In this document: piece by piece, positions 25,181 through 51,406 of the stretch
How the letters are laid out: each line of letters begins with the position of its first letter
Position numbering within the stretch: position 1 is the first letter of the stretch
Origin: Chrysemys picta bellii
Taxonomy: Eukaryota
Direction of reading: 5' to 3'
Length of the DNA stretch: 64,000 nucleotides
NCBI RefSeq assembly: GCF_011386835.1
Contig: NC_088814.1
Coordinates: 806,001 to 870,000 of the forward strand
Notes under the pieces: generated by a model
What the model saw: only the letters and a program-made list of their open reading frames with translations
Told to the model about the DNA's origin: nothing
The model's database searches: none
Made by a program: the position numbers and the translations under genes

Positions 25181-27808
25181 ATCTAACCTATTCTGTTCTG
25201 TTGCTAACTAATGGTGCAGCATGCAAGCTATAAAGGTAACGGCTATAGGTATGAACTGAAGATTCCAAGTCTAGAAGAAGGAGAGGGTGCGTTAACAGTT
25301 TATCTATTAATGTACAAGTAGGTAATACAACATAGACAAACCACCATGACTTTTATTATCAGCAGTAGATATTGTACTCTCCACAACACAAATACATTCA
25401 TCCTATTGCACATATGCACAGACCTAAAAACAGAACAAAATGAACATCAGAAATAAAATAAAGCAGATATCTGAACAACTAGGGTACAACAAACTTCTCC
25501 AGCATAGCACTGTAAACACAAAAGGGAGTTAAGAATTAGAAAAACCTGAAGACAAGATGCTTTATGGAACCATTTGGGGCCCCAGAAAAGCCTTTCCAGC
25601 AATCAGACACGTCAACTGTCAACTTATTTGTAACTGCCACAGATCTGACAAAAACATGCAGATTTCAGACAAAAAATAGCCAAACCAGAATGGGGAATGT
25701 TCCATGGAAATGATTCTTGAATTAAATCTTGCCTCTCCAGCTAATCTTAATGTGGTTGGTCATTGGTAATTCTATAATTTGCTGTCCAGGAAGACAAGAA
25801 GTTTATCTGGATAAATCAGCTTGGAATTTTTCACCCTTAGACAAGCCTCTGAAAATACATAAACAGTTTCCTATCTGAAGGGTACAACATGAAAACAGTT
25901 TCCACATATGTAAGAGTCACTGCTGCTGGTTTTCATTATATTTCAGTAAACTATTTCTGCATTAAAAACATGTGGAGGAATGTGTTACTAACCACTAATT
26001 CTTCATCAAAAAACTAACCCTCCTTACAGTGTTCTATAAATTTCACTCTGCTCCAAACACACAAATAATTTTAGGAATACCGTTAAGGGGTGAGGGGGGG
26101 TCGGTGGGGGCGACACAGATTCTGGTCTCTCTGAAGTTAGTGGCAGCTTTGTCGCTGACTTCAGTGAGAGCAGATGGGCCCCAGTGCTCAATGTCCAAAA
26201 TCTGTGGTGTCAGTCTATGAAATTCTAGATGTTTTCCCAAAGAATAGCTTCAATGCTTTTTAGACAGAAATAAGATGAAACCAACAACCCTACTGCACCA
26301 AACTGTGCGTGCAACTGAGAGGAACTGGCAGTAAGGGAACATTCCTTTTCAAGCTTCAAAGGGAGCTACTATGAACAGTGGGGAAACTGGGAACAAAAAA
26401 AAAAACTACCATGACAGCCCCATTTCTAGCTACTAAATGTACAATTAGAGTGGACACTCCCAACCCATCCCCCATGTGCCTAAGACTAGGATGTTGCTGT
26501 TTTGCCAGGAAGCTGAAGGGAACAGGATGCCGGACTGAGGCACTACTGTTTCCAATATAAATCCATTACCTGCCACTCAGGGCATCACTGATGCACGTAC
26601 AAAGGAGACCACTCTCCTCAGCTCTATTCCAGTCAAACCCTCAGTTCTCTTTTGATGCCAGAAGTGATTTTTCTCATGCAGCCTAAATGCCATGTGGATT
26701 GATTACTACTTCAACAGCGCTGACTGATTTGACTGCAGACCTACCTGTAACCAGTGCAGGAAGCTTTGCCCTCAGACCAGCAGAAAATGCTCAATTACAC
26801 AATAATCAAATACACTCGATGTAGAAAGTTGCTGGCCAAGAGATACTGACCACAGAAGTGCTTTCAGGAATTACATGAGAATATTAGACATCTGTATTTT
26901 CTACAAGGAGCCATATGAGCAACTGTTCTTGCAGCACAGGGGCTAATAATTAACTCAAGTTAAACACAGTAACTGGAAAAGGGAATATTTGTTTACAGTT
27001 GTTAAACCAATGCATCTGCAATAAAACCCTGGCCTGACAGTGTTCAGGGCTTTGACCAAAACTCCACGAGGGAGCTGAGAGTCTTACACAATGCACCTGA
27101 ATGCTCAATCCAGTCACCTGTCACCACATAGTCCAAAGAATCTGTCGATGTCTGGATCTCTGCAGCCACTAATCCTTCAAGATGCAAACCAACAGGCACC
27201 TATAGCTCAGAGCAGAAACTGTTCCCAGCCTCCTGTACATTCAAAATCTACATAAACATGGGAGAGGGATGTCGGACTCCGCCACTGGGCATGTTACATC
27301 AAGCCTAAGCAGCAGAAGATGTATCTGTCAAAAAGCCTCACACAGCTCTGTGTGAAACAGCAAAATGCCACAAGTGACATCTTTTAGACTAAAAATTCTG
27401 GGGGCTGACCATGCAGCCACAGCATAGGAGCCGCTGCCACTGAACTCCAGAGGAGCTGCTCCGATGCACTGGCTGTAAAACCAGGCCCTTTTTATTGCAT
27501 TTCAGACAGTGGTTCACTCCTAATGCATGTGACAGAGGCAAGGCACCAACCGATGGGGTGCCGCAGCTCTGTTGATAGCTGCATTAGCATAGGCCTGGGT
27601 GAGGTAGCGCACAGCCCAAACATCGGCAGCATTTCCTCACAGGCAGTCTTGGAAGGGAGGCTTCCAGTGTCAAGACACTAACCTGCTACCCTAATAGCCA
27701 CAATCAGCTTCAAAGGGGACAAGTTTGGTCATAAACAATGCTCCTGCTCTAAGCTAGGACGTTAATACATTCCTTCTGGGGAAAGGGGGCTGATCTAGAA
27801 AGGACACA

Positions 27809-33624
<5,816 letters not shown>

Positions 33625-33664
33625 CTAGCGGGGCCGCTCCGCAGCCTCAGCCGCAGCCTCGCCC

Positions 33665-33790
33665 GCCGCCATCTTCCCGGAAGCGCCGCCGCCGCCGGTC
33701 CCTCCAGGGGGCGGGGCTAAGCGGCGCCGCTTCCGGGAAACGGGGCGGGGCTTGGTACATTTGAATGTGGGCGGGGTTTATGCCTATCTG
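33665..33790. promoter_or_regulatory. RUNDC1 CpG-island promoter (YY1, ETS/GAS-like and GC boxes)
   Basis: gccgccatctt at 33665-33675, ttcccggaa at 33674-33682, ttccgggaa at 33731-33739, and several gggcgggg boxes. Confidence 0.6.
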
Positions 33791-36700
33791 GGCGGGGCTC
33801 GTGGTGTGGGCGGGGCTTCCCTCAAGTTACTGCTGGGAAAACCCTATAGGGCAAATGTGCCCCTGGCCCCGCCCCCTACCCCTGGGACAATCCCCTGTGC
33901 GCCCCCCCCCTCTGAGACCCCCCCTTCCCTCCCCCCAGAGCCCACCCCCACCCACCCCTGGTCCGGTTGGCCCTGCCCCTCCCCCATCCAGCCCGGGTGG
34001 CCGCTGGGGCCTGACCTCGGGTTTCTGTGGGGAAGGTCAGACAGCATCTGGGGCCTGCGACTGGATTGATGGGTAACAATGGGGCGGGGAGGGTGGGTGC
34101 TATTCAGATCCTGCTGCCGGATGAGTTTCACCCCAGAGGGAGCTGCAGGCCTGTGCCACGGAAGTGGGTCCTTGTGCTTTGGTTTGAGATGAAAGATGTT
34201 TATTATTATCACACACGGGCTGAGCCCAATGCACGTATCAGGGGCTCCATTCATTCCGCTCCACAAGCTCCATGTGTGTCTTGGTCCCAGGCCCCCATTG
34301 CAGGGACTCCTTGCAACCCCCACCATATTACCTCCCCTTGCCAGGGTCTCTGTGTCCCTCCGTTCCCCCCTCTGTCATATGCCAGGAGCGCTGTGTGTCC
34401 CCCATGTCCCCCTACCCTACACCACCATCCCCCATTCTGCCCCCCCATGCCAGGGGCTCTTTGTGCCCTTGATTCTGCCCTCTGCCCCTCTTCACCCCTC
34501 ACCTAGTTTCCCCATTCTACCCCTACCAGGGGGGTTGTGTTCTCTCCCTTGTACCCCTCCCCTCAGGCCAGGGGCTTTGTTGGCCCCCTCCTGCTCCCCT
34601 GTCCTCCCTTAGAAGGGCCTGGGGAGCACTGCAAAAGCAGCGTGCTTAGCTTCTAAGTGTGAGACATTTAGGTCACTCTGTAGCATCCTTTCAGACTCAT
34701 TAAGGAGGCCAGAGACTGATCACGGTGTGGCTGGCTAACTAGTGTGGACGGTTGACGTGACATAATGTAGACATGTGGAGTTCACGACTAATAAGGAAAG
34801 ACAGAACATTTGAGACTTGTAACTAACAGTGCCCCATGCTCTAATTTTCACTCTTCAAACCACAGACTCACCTAACTTCTTGCATGGATTGTGGCTGCTG
34901 TAGTCCTGTTGGGATTTCCTGTGCTAAGAAATATAATTGTAGCTGCCTCTAGAGGACACATAACACACTCCACTATGTGCACATCTAATCACATTGCAGA
35001 GGGTAACAAAGGTATCTGGTTTCCAAGCTGGTGGAGTTCAAGTTTAGGGAAACAGGGGGTTCCTATAAGGAACAGGGAGCCACATACTTTCCCCCACAAA
35101 TGGAGTCACTCCACAGAGGTTAGGTTGGGGACACCATGAAATGACAATTGTCCGGTTTGCAGGGAATAAATTTGCTATTGTAACCGGTGTTGTTATGGAG
35201 AACAATCAAAATAATCCTTAGCGCTCACATCACACTTAACAATCAGTAACTAACGGGTAAAACATGGAACCTACAGGATCAAGCCATCCGCAATGAAAAA
35301 TACCCCAGCTGGAGAGTGGAGCACAGAGCCTTTCCGTCATCGGAGATTCATTAAAGGAAACTTCCACATAATCATTTTGTTTTCTGTAATAGGCTCGCAT
35401 GTATCAGTGGTAAATCATCTTTTATTTACTTCTGCGGTTGAAAGCAGGAGAGTGACAGGACTGTGTGAGACAAATACAATTCCTGCTGCCCATGGGACAC
35501 TGTGCCTTCATTACAGGTGGAGTTAATGAGAACTCCACGTTAAAGGACTCAAGCAGAGAATTTTCACTTTAAAGTTCAGCCTCATTAAGACACAGATCGC
35601 AGCCAGCTGTCTTTTTGGAAATGGCAATGGGAGATTTTGCTGCAAGAGTTTTTCTTGAGTAAAACTTTATGGAAGCAGCAATCCTGCTCCCCCTGGTAAT
35701 TTTAATTTATATGGTAATGGATGGGGATGTCCCAGTGGGAGTCCATGTCCCAGATGATGAAGGAGAAAACCATAATTTAGGTCTGCAAGTTCGCCCCTTT
35801 GCATATTGTTCTCAGACTTGTGATTGTAGAAACACAATGAGAGGATAAATGTTCTAGCCAGAAGGAAGCTGAGTGGTGCATGTTCTGCTTATGAACAATA
35901 GACACATTAGATTGTATCAGGCATTTCTACGGGGCTTTTAATCTCCACCACAACTTACCGACACAACCCTATTCCCCCTCACAGTCGGTGAGACAGGCAG
36001 ACAGGCACAGAGAGGTGAAGGTTACATAGTGAGACAGTGGAACAGCCAGAAATTGAACCTCTGGGCAATTTTCTCAAATTTAGCTGCCTAAAATGTAGGG
36101 CCTAAATCCGTATTGAGGGACCCGAATAAGTGGTCTGATTTTCAGAGGTGCTGAACACCCTAGCTCCCCTTGACTCCCGCTTTAGGAGGGCTGGGTCAGA
36201 GCCACTCAGCTAAAGAACACACAGATTGACAGCTCAGGCCTGGCTGCTGCTCTGAATATCGACATGGACAAAGCCAAGTTAGCAGAGGGACCGTATGCAA
36301 GGCATGGGAGGGGAGTGGGTGTTTTCTCCGTGACTCTTGGTACTGACACCACACATCTTATTTACCTAAAGAGAATTACCAATCCTGTGGGTCCTATCAG
36401 GGCCCAGATTCCCCGTATAGGAGGCAACAGGTAAGGTGGTTTGGGACAACATAATATTGGGGGCAGCAAACCATCAGTGACTGTTTATCTGGGTGACGCC
36501 GCTGGGCTGGTAGGGGATGGACGCTGGCTAGTCCATCAAGGGCAGCACAAGCCCTAGTGCCACCTCTGGCCCCCATCCTTGGCATTAGGGCTCAGGATTG
36601 GGGGAACAAAGTCACTACTGCCCGAGAGCATCCTGCGTCTGAGCTTTCAGAGGAAGCCACTACTCACAAAGCCCCAGAACTGTCATTCCCCTGCCCTCCA

Positions 36701-37371
36701 GGAGGAGACTGGTCTGGAGCTGGAGTCTTTCCTCCTGTTACCTGCACTCTTGTTTATCTGGCTCATGCCTGTTCAGGTGCAGGCTCGTGTATCACAACTA
36801 GTCAGTCCCTTACGCCCTCAGTTCTCTCTCCAGGGTAAGTGAGCCAGGACCCACATATTCCAGTCTCAGCCAAGGGGGAGAGGGGCTGGCATAAAGCGCT
36901 GGGGCCATACCAGTGATCTGCATCTCTGCTGTTTGTTTTCCCACTGCCAACTGTGCTTAATCCAGCTGCAGCAGTGGGCAACAGAGGGCAAAGCGGGGGC
37001 TCCCAGGCCCTTCGGGGCTCCTCCTGTCCCAGTACCCTGCACACAGGGCAGGGGTTAGCTATAGTCAAGAGAGAGGAGCATTCCACCTTGCCTGTGGCCA
37101 CACGGCTGCTCTCACCTCTGCACAAGAGAGGTTCTTGCACCCCTGACCGGGTGGTGCTGGGCTCAGAGCCCCCTTGGCACATGCAGACTGGGCGTAATCA
37201 TCCCCAATGCTGTATGAATCAGGGTGGAGGTACCATGCTCCCTTGGCTTGGTGGGGAGGAGGCAGGAGGGGCTGTGGACCGGCTGTGGTGGCAGCTCCAG
37301 CACCAATGGCTCCTACACACCCCCAAGCTGCCCCACGGGAGTAATTTCTGGAACTTGCCCTTCTACAGACC

Positions 37372-37520
37372 CTGTCATCCACAACCCTTCGGGATAGAGG
37401 CCGTTATCCCCACGACAGAAGGGGAAACTGAGGCACGGCATGGGGAAAGTGATTTGGCCAAGGTCAGAGCAAGCCCGTGGCACCGTCAAGAAATGAACCC
37501 AGGAGTCCTAGCCCCTAGTC
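37372..37520 (+). mobile_element. MIR/CORE-SINE fragment
   Basis: ggggaaactgaggcac...gtgatttggccaaggtca...gaacccaggagtcct. Confidence 0.75.
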
Positions 37521-37762
37521 CCCAGATACCCCCTCCCCCAGCGGGACTAGAACCCAGGAGTCCTGAGCCCCATCTCAGCCTGTCACGGCGCAGGGTGTCG
37601 CTGGGGGGCTCGGTGGCGCCGGGCTGGGAAGGAGCCGGGTCCCCGCGGGGCTCGGGCCGGGCGCAGCGTGTCCCTGACGGGCGCTGACAGCTGCAGCGGC
37701 CCGAGCTCCGCCCGCAGCCCGAAATAGCGGCGGCCGGCGCCGCCTCCAGAGCGAGCCCGGCC

Positions 37763-44094
<6,332 letters not shown>

Positions 44095-45039
44095 AAGCAC
44101 AGACCCTGGTGGTAAGAACTCCCCTGAAGCACTATCTGGCTGCAACTGAGCCTCCCTGTTACCTGATGGGAGATGTGCATCCCGACCTGCTGACAGTGAC
44201 CAGGATTAGCGCCCTCTGGGATCTGAAAGGACTTAAGGGGAGGCTGGCGGGGATGAGAGCGCTGCATGCAGCCCTTATTCTCTGCCCTTCCAATTGTCTT
44301 CCTGGCCCAGGATTGCTGGGTGCAGCTCTGGCATTCACTGGATCACCTGAGAGTGACATAGCTGCCCGCCTTCCCACTATTCTCTCCTGGGGGCCTGACC
44401 CTCCCCCTGCTCTCATCCTGTCCCCTTCTCTCCTCTCGAGGCCTGACTCCCTGCTCTGCCCCCACCCAGGGGCGCATTTTCTGACTGCCCTGTTTTTCCC
44501 CACAGAGACATGACAGCAGCTGCTGAGATGAAGCGAGTTGGGGAGGGAGGTAGCAGTGTAAGTGCCACTGTGGTTCAAATGTGCCAGGGATTCGCCTGCT
44601 TCAAACTTTGGCTCCGAATTCCACAATCACGGACCCGGGAGCTGGAAAAGCCCTGCTGGGCCCGTTTTGCCCGCCCTTGAAGTCAGACCCAGCGTGGGTC
44701 TGTTTCCTGTTGCATCGGGCAGTCTAGTTTCAAACATGCCAAGCCCTGGAACTGCCGCCGCTTCCATTAGGAGACTATTCCACAGCCAGACACCGGGTTC
44801 CTGTGTCTCATTTCACCCCGTTATTGCCACTTATACTGCCACGAACCAGCCCGAGTCACTTCTCTCCTCCCCGGGCACCGCCTCTGGGTCTGTGCTGATG
44901 GTACTCAGCCACGCCGCCCAGATCTAGCCGTCTTCCCTGCTCGGCACCTGCCGCTTGCTCCTCTTGCTGCCGACACCCTTCTCCACTCGTCCGTCTCTCC
45001 CAGGCACTGGTGGGGAGCAAAGTGGGGAGAAAGCCTGTT

Positions 45040-45045
45040 AATAAA
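45040..45045 (+). terminator. Candidate PTGES3L polyadenylation signal (AATAAA)
   Basis: aataaa at the edge of the AARSD1 CpG island. Confidence 0.55.
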
Positions 45046-45499
45046 GGATAAACCTGCCACGCTGGCCGCTGTTCCTGTGCTTGGGTTTTCCTGCCACACT
45101 GGGGCCCGGTTTTCCAAGGGCCACTGGTGCCCGAGATGTTACCGCGCCCAGGCCAGAGGGCAGCCGGGGCACTCGCCTCTGGGGGCGGCTACGGGCCTGG
45201 CGCTTGCAGGGTCCAGGGGAGACGCTGAGACACCCCCGCCCACAGGGCAGCTCCCCAGGCCAGGCTGATGCCCGGGGTGGGGCAGGTTCATCCCGCCCAG
45301 GTGTGGGGGGGCTCGCCGACCCCCACAAACCCAGACCCATAGGACGGGCCGTGGGTCCCGGGGGACACGTGGGTCACAGGGGGACACCCGTGGGTCCCGG
45401 GGGGGTGAGCTCCAGGGGAAAGCCCATGGACCCTGGGGGGGGGGGGGTGTAGGCAGGCCCATGGCGTCATCCCCCCGCCCCCTCTGTCCCCGTCCGCCG

Positions 45500-45652
45500 G
45501 TCGTCTGTCCCCTCCCGCTCGCCGTCTCCGTCCGCAGCTCGCGTTCACGGGTCGTGTGTCCCCTCCCGCTCGCCGTCTCCGCCCGCAGCTCGCGTTCGCC
45601 GGCCGTGTGTCCTCTCCCTATCGCCGTCCCCTTCCGCCAGCTGTCTGTCCCC
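45500..45652. repeat. Three 51-bp tandem units just upstream of the AARSD1 ATG
   Basis: tgtcc(c/t)ctccc..tcgccgtc recurs at 45506, 45557 and 45608. Confidence 0.8.
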
Positions 45653-45672
45653 TCGCGGCGCCGGCTGCCGTG

Positions 45673-48600
45673 ATGGTGTTCCAGTGCCAGCGGGACAGCT
45701 GGGCCCGGCAGGTGCGGGAGCCGCGGGGCGGGGTCGGGGCGGGACGGGGGCGGGGGCGCGCGGGGCTCCCACGCGTGACACGCGCGTGCCGGGCCCCGCG
45801 TGACGCCCCCCGTTTTGCAGTTCACCACCAGGGTCGCGTCGTGCCGCCCCGCGGAGCTGCCGGCCGAGGGCGGCGCGAAGGAGCCGCTGCGGGGCTTCCA
45901 CGTGGTGCTGGAGGACACGATTCTCTTCCCCGAGGGCGGGGGCCAGGTACGGGCTCGTGGGGGCGGGGCCGGTCCGGTCCGGTCCGGTCCGGCACCGGGG
46001 GGGGGGCAGCTGCTGACCGGCGGCTGACCGGACGCTCCTCCCTGCAGCCCGACGACCGGGGACTCATCGAGGACATCCCCGTGCTCCGCGTGACCCGGCA
46101 GGGCCCGGCCGCTGTCCACTTCGTGCAGACGCCGCTGGAGCCGGGCCGCGAGGTGCTGCTGACGGTGGACTGGGACAGGCGGTTTGACCACATGCAGCAG
46201 CACTCAGGTGACCCGCTTTGGCCCCCAGAGAATATGGTTCCTGGGGTGCCAACTTTGTACTCCCCCCAAACCAAACACCCCTGCCCCGCCCCCACTCACT
46301 CCATCCCCCTACCTCTGTCCCCATCCTCACTCACTTGGCTGGCCCAGGGGGTTGGGGTGCGGGAGGGGGGAGGGCTCCGGGGTGGGGCTGGAGATGAGGG
46401 GTTTGGGGTGCAGGAGAGGGCTCAGGGTGGGACCGAAGGGTTCAGAGGGTGGGAGACAGCTCAGGGCACACGGGGAGGGAAGGTGAGCGCTCCGGCTGGG
46501 GGTGTGGGCTCTCAGGTGGGGCTGAAGGGTTTGGGGTGCAGGAGGGGGCTCCAGGCCTGGATTGAGAAGTCTGGAGGGGGATCAGGGATATCAGTGACTC
46601 CTTCCGTAGGTGATGTGGCTAGTGACCACTTAGTTTTCTCTATTGGGGGGGCTGAGTTGCTGGGTTCTCTGGGGCATTTCTGGAACTCTTGAGAAGGTAA
46701 GTGCTATCCTTGCAGGTGCTGTCGTGGGTTATAAACAAATAATTTTAGAAGACTTGGAGCAGAGAGATGCTGTCTGATTTCTGTTAGTCTTAAAGGTGCC
46801 ACAGGACCCTCTGTTGCTGTCTGATTTGAACTCCTCTCAACAGGCAGTCACATACTTTCGTTCCCAGGGATGGCTGGGGGAGTCGTTCTGTGTGTGTGCA
46901 TGCGTGCGTGCCTAGCACTAGTAAAAATAAACTAAAACCTCACAGCCATTGCTTGCACTTCGCTTCCAGGGCAGCATCTCATCACGGCCCTTGCAGATCT
47001 GATGTTTGGATTCAAAACAACTTCATGGTGAGCAGGAAAAGTGTTCCTTTTAACTCTGTCCTTAAACCTTGTTTGGCTTGTGCCACAATGCTGGGTCCTG
47101 AGGGATGAATGTAGATAAATGCATGGAGCGTGGTATGCAGAGACATTCCACTCAGCTGCAGAAGGCATGGGAGAAGTGACTGCACTGGAGAGAAGCTGTG
47201 TGGAGCATTGCTGTGCCTCTCTGTTCCCTTCTCTCCGAAACACAAGCACACATCTGGTGTGATGTAAACAATATACACAGAGAGAGCGAGAGAGAGAGAG
47301 AGAGCGTGCACACATGTGCTTTGCTCCAGTAACAGAATTCCAAGGTGCTTCCTCCTGCACCATGCCCAGTGTTGCACAGAGCGACTTTTGAGCTTGTGTC
47401 CTCTGTTGTATTGGCAGGTGTGTCTGATGTTTGTGGTCCTTGCAGGGAGCTAGGCCATCAGCGCACTGTCATCGAGCTGGACACGCCCTCTGTGACAGCA
47501 GAACAGGTGGTGGCCCTAGAGGAGAACGTGAATGAGAAAATCCGGGCCCGTATTCCTGTGGTGGTGAGGGAGCACTCTGAGGACGACCCAGAGATCGAGA
47601 CGGTGAGTAGCAATGGAGGACGCTGGCAAAATTCATTCCAGAGCCATGTGGGGTAGAGGGGAATATGCCACCCAGTCTCCTTTTAGTCCCAGGGACGTGA
47701 GTTGCAATGCTCATCTTTCTGGATCTCTTGCTAGGTGAGAAGCCGTGGTTTGCCAGATAACCACACAGGGCCAGTGCGCATCATAAGCATCGAGGGCATA
47801 GACGACAACATGTGCTGCGGGACTCATGTCTCCAACTTAAGTGACCTGCAGGTAAAGACCGCACTGCTTCAGCGCCTTCAGTACTCAGGCACCGTCCTGT
47901 AGATCAGCTGGTACAGTAGGAGTCCCTGGATCCGCAGGACTTGCAGTCCCTCTGCAGATTGTCCCTGTTGGACAGAGAACCCCAATCACAAGCCAGAGTG
48001 AGAGTGGTGGGACACAGCCCTGCACCCTGTGGTTACCGTTGTCCACTCACATCCCCCCACACCACTGCATTAGTGAGGGTTTGCCACCAGTGAACAATCC
48101 CCGGTGTTCTTCATGCAGAATTAGATGAAAATTTAATTCCAGAGCTGCCTCTGGGTTTCAATGTCCTTACAGTCAGCTTGATAAGACAAATGACCCTTCC
48201 CTGCCTGTTGGCATGCCTGGTGCGCTGTGGGGTGGGATATTAGGGTATAGAAGGCTTGTTGACACACCAGGTCCAGGCCCGTTAGACAGCATGGCACATG
48301 GCTAATGCATAATGGCACATGGCTAATGAAAGTGTCTCATCTATTTTTTGGCTATATTTGAAGGCTGATTTCAGTGGGTTTAATTCTGATGATAGAAAGT
48401 CGACATTCACAATGACACATGGTCTAATGGACCTTTAGCTGTGTGTAACACACCATTGTACCTCTCTGATCAGGGTGTTTGTTTCTCGTTTAAGGTTATT
48501 AAGCTCCTTGGCACAGAAAAGGGAAAAAAGAACAAAACCAACTTGGTCTTCCTGGCAGGAAATCGAGTACTGAAGTCTGTCGAGCGAAGTCACGGCACCG

Positions 48601-51317
48601 AGAAGGCACTAACCTTGCTGCTTAAGTAATGTCCTTTCCCAGTTTCCCCTTTCCTTGCTTCTCCTCGTCCAGAGAGGAACAGCATGTGACCCTAAAGAGG
48701 GCATTTCTAGCCCCTGGCTCTGGTGTTATGTTGTCTGCTGCAGCTTCATTGGTGGAGCCCTCTCTGTCCAGCGCCTTGACAGCCCAAACTCTGCCTTGTT
48801 TTTTTCCAGAAATGGAGCAGAGGAGCACGTGGAGGCTGTGAAGAGGCTGCAGAATTCTGTGAAGCTGCTTCAGAAGGTACGGCTGTGGCCCAGAGGTCAC
48901 TCCATCGAGGGTCTGAGCTTTGGTAACAGCAACAGTGTTCTGAATAATCTTATTTCACGAGAATTAAATTTTAGAATCTCCCTTGTGTTGACCCTGGAAG
49001 CGGTGAAAATTGTGACTCCACCTGTCTCAGGAAACTCCATCCCCGACTCCACTCCACCCCATCCCTGTGTTCTCGCGCTGACTCCAGGGTCTGCAACATG
49101 GGGTTTGCTTTCCTTGCAGAACAACTTGAACTTGCTTAGAGACCTCGCCGTTTTGACAGCACAGAACTTCAAAAGCAATCCGGTCCGAGGCCGAGTGTTT
49201 GTGTTACACAGGTAAGGCCCAGATGCGGGGAAGGGGCTCGGGTGCTGCAGCGTCTAACTGGCAGATTCTAAGACCAGAAGGGAGCACTGTAGTCTGAATT
49301 CCTGTATAACACAAGCTGACAATGTCCCATGGCAGCTGCCTCCCTCTGCCGTGCATTCAGGGCTGTTTATAACAGACGTCCATTCTTTAAGGGGGAACAT
49401 AAACTAAGGAAACGGAATATTAAACCAACTGTCTGGGCCTGCTGGAAAGGCTCGTAATTAAAGTCTAACATGTTTGTATTTTGGCTGTTGAACGCTGCTG
49501 GTTTTAGAGCCGAGCAGTACATTTGTTTGCTTATCCCTCCCTGCTGGTGGTATTGTCAAAAAAATGGCAGCACTCCATTGGTTACAGAGTAAACACTAAT
49601 AATTCATCATTTGTGGGTGGGAAACATAGAAAGGATTTTTCTGTATAAATTGCTAATCGCTGTCCTAATGATGAGAGGCCACAGCCCTGACCCTCGGCAC
49701 AAAGCACGCTCACCTCGGGTCTGGCTTCCAGTTCCCTGACAGTGGTTGATAAGAAGCTGGTGGGAAATTTGACTCTAAAAATCAACCAAAAGCCAAGCCA
49801 GCACAATGTCTGGTCTGTGTGGGGTGTTTGGTTTCCGGCTCCGTCATAGAGTTTAGGCCAGAAGGCCTTCACCACCAGAGGTATGTCTGGATTCTCTAGG
49901 CCGGGGCATCTCTGAAATACCTTTTACCCTTTACAGGAAAGACGGTGACTCTGAGTTCATGAATATCATCGCCAATGAGATCGGGACAGAGGTGAGCGCT
50001 CTCTGGCTTGTCCTCGCCCCTTGTTGGCCCTTTGGCCTCCTCTAAGGCCTATGTAGCCTCTCCCCACCCTTGACCAGCCCTCACAATACACTGGCCAGAA
50101 AACAAAGGCCTCGTTCTCCCCAGAATGTTGCAGCCCAAACTGTTACCACATCGGTGCCCCCCAGCTGTGATCTGGAGGGGCCCCGCCTGTCCCAGGGAGG
50201 TGTGCCCTTCCTGTTGATCAATGGGCCAGTTAGAGCCAAACGTGGGAAAGGTCCTTGTGCTCCAGACACGGGTCTCCCCCCAGCTCATTTAACACAGGGG
50301 TCACCAGACACCAGTCACTGCCTCCCAGGACCGTGTGGGGCTTGTGACCTGGACAGTAGCCCATTTCCGACCCCCCGCCAAGGTAGGTAGTGCTCCAAAC
50401 AGTCTCCCCCCCAGCAACCTGTTCACAGCAAAGAGGAGGGGTGTTCTTACTCACATCTGGGACTCCCAAGTCTCACTGATCGAAGGGGGGGATGCAGAGA
50501 TGTTCTGCAGTAGGATCCATCTCTCTTCACAGGACACCCTGCTCTTCCTGACCGTGGGAGACGAGAAGGCAGCTGGGCTCTTCCTTCTGGCTGGGCCCAG
50601 TGAAGTGGTTGAAAAATTAGGCCCCAGGTAAACTGTTCTGTGACCCCCTGTAGTCCGGCAACCTTCCTGACCAGCGTGGGGACTATCAGCGCTGTCAAGT
50701 CAGCCTCCAGCCTAGTTATTGTCCAAACACCCAGCAAACTCACAAAAGGAAAATAAAACTTCTAGCTGGAGATTTCTACCCAGCCGGGGCATCGCACCTG
50801 GAGCATTCCTTCTCCAGCAACATCCTGCTGCTTCTGCAGTCTGTCAGCTCTTCCCCCCGGCCCGCCCAGTTCTTGCAGCTCCTTATAGCCACCACCTGTC
50901 CTCTGATTAGCCAGCTGGGCTGCCTGGCACCAGGCCTTTGGTCCTTAAAGGAGCAGGCTGCCCTGATACACACCTGCTACGCTACAATTATTATTAATGA
51001 AGGGAAATGAAGTTCTGGCTGCTTTAATCAGATAATTGATTTCACTGGCATCTGGCTCAATATCTGAGGCAGGGCAGCTGGGCCATTTCCCTCCTCTGCC
51101 CCCCAGGCACACCCAGTTTGGGGCTGTGAAAGAGAGCACACCCAGCCCTCCTGGTTTCAGCATGTGGATCTGTCCCTTTAGAGTGGCGGAATTGCTGGAA
51201 GGCAAAGGAGCCGGGAAACGGGACCGCTTCCAAGGCAAGGCGACCAGGATGAGCAGGCGAGCAGAGGTGCAGGCCCTGCTCCAGGACTTCATTGGCCACC
51301 AGACCCTGGAGGAGTAA
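45673..51317 (+). CDS. AARSD1: Alanyl-tRNA editing protein (AlaXp), 410 aa
   Basis: Exons 45673-45711, 45821-45946, 46048-46207, 46970-47027, 47446-47602, 47735-47851, 48495-48625, 48810-48876, 49120-49211, 49937-49991, 50533-50627 and 51182-51317 total 1233 nt. Motifs FPEGGGQPDD, HMQQHSGQH and CCGTH are present. Confidence 0.97.
46235..46660. mobile_element. Probable turtle DNA-transposon fragment with G-rich internal repeats
   Basis: Begins ggggtgccaactttg and contains repeated ggggtgcaggag(a/g)gggctc units. Boundaries are uncertain. Confidence 0.45.
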
Positions 51318-51400
51318 GGACCAGCCCTCGCCAGAGGATTCCCCCATCTGCTGCTCAGTGACCTGGGACGACAGGGTCACTTGCTGACTCCCTCTAGACG

Positions 51401-51406
51401 AATAAA
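51401..51406 (+). terminator. AARSD1 polyadenylation signal (AATAAA)
   Basis: aataaa about 85 nt after the stop codon. Confidence 0.8.

Noticed and set aside
37685-37730. Muscle-type E-box/MEF2 promoter for PTGES3L
   Set aside because: CAGCTG is present, but ccgaaatagc is a poor MEF2 match, so the evidence is insufficient.
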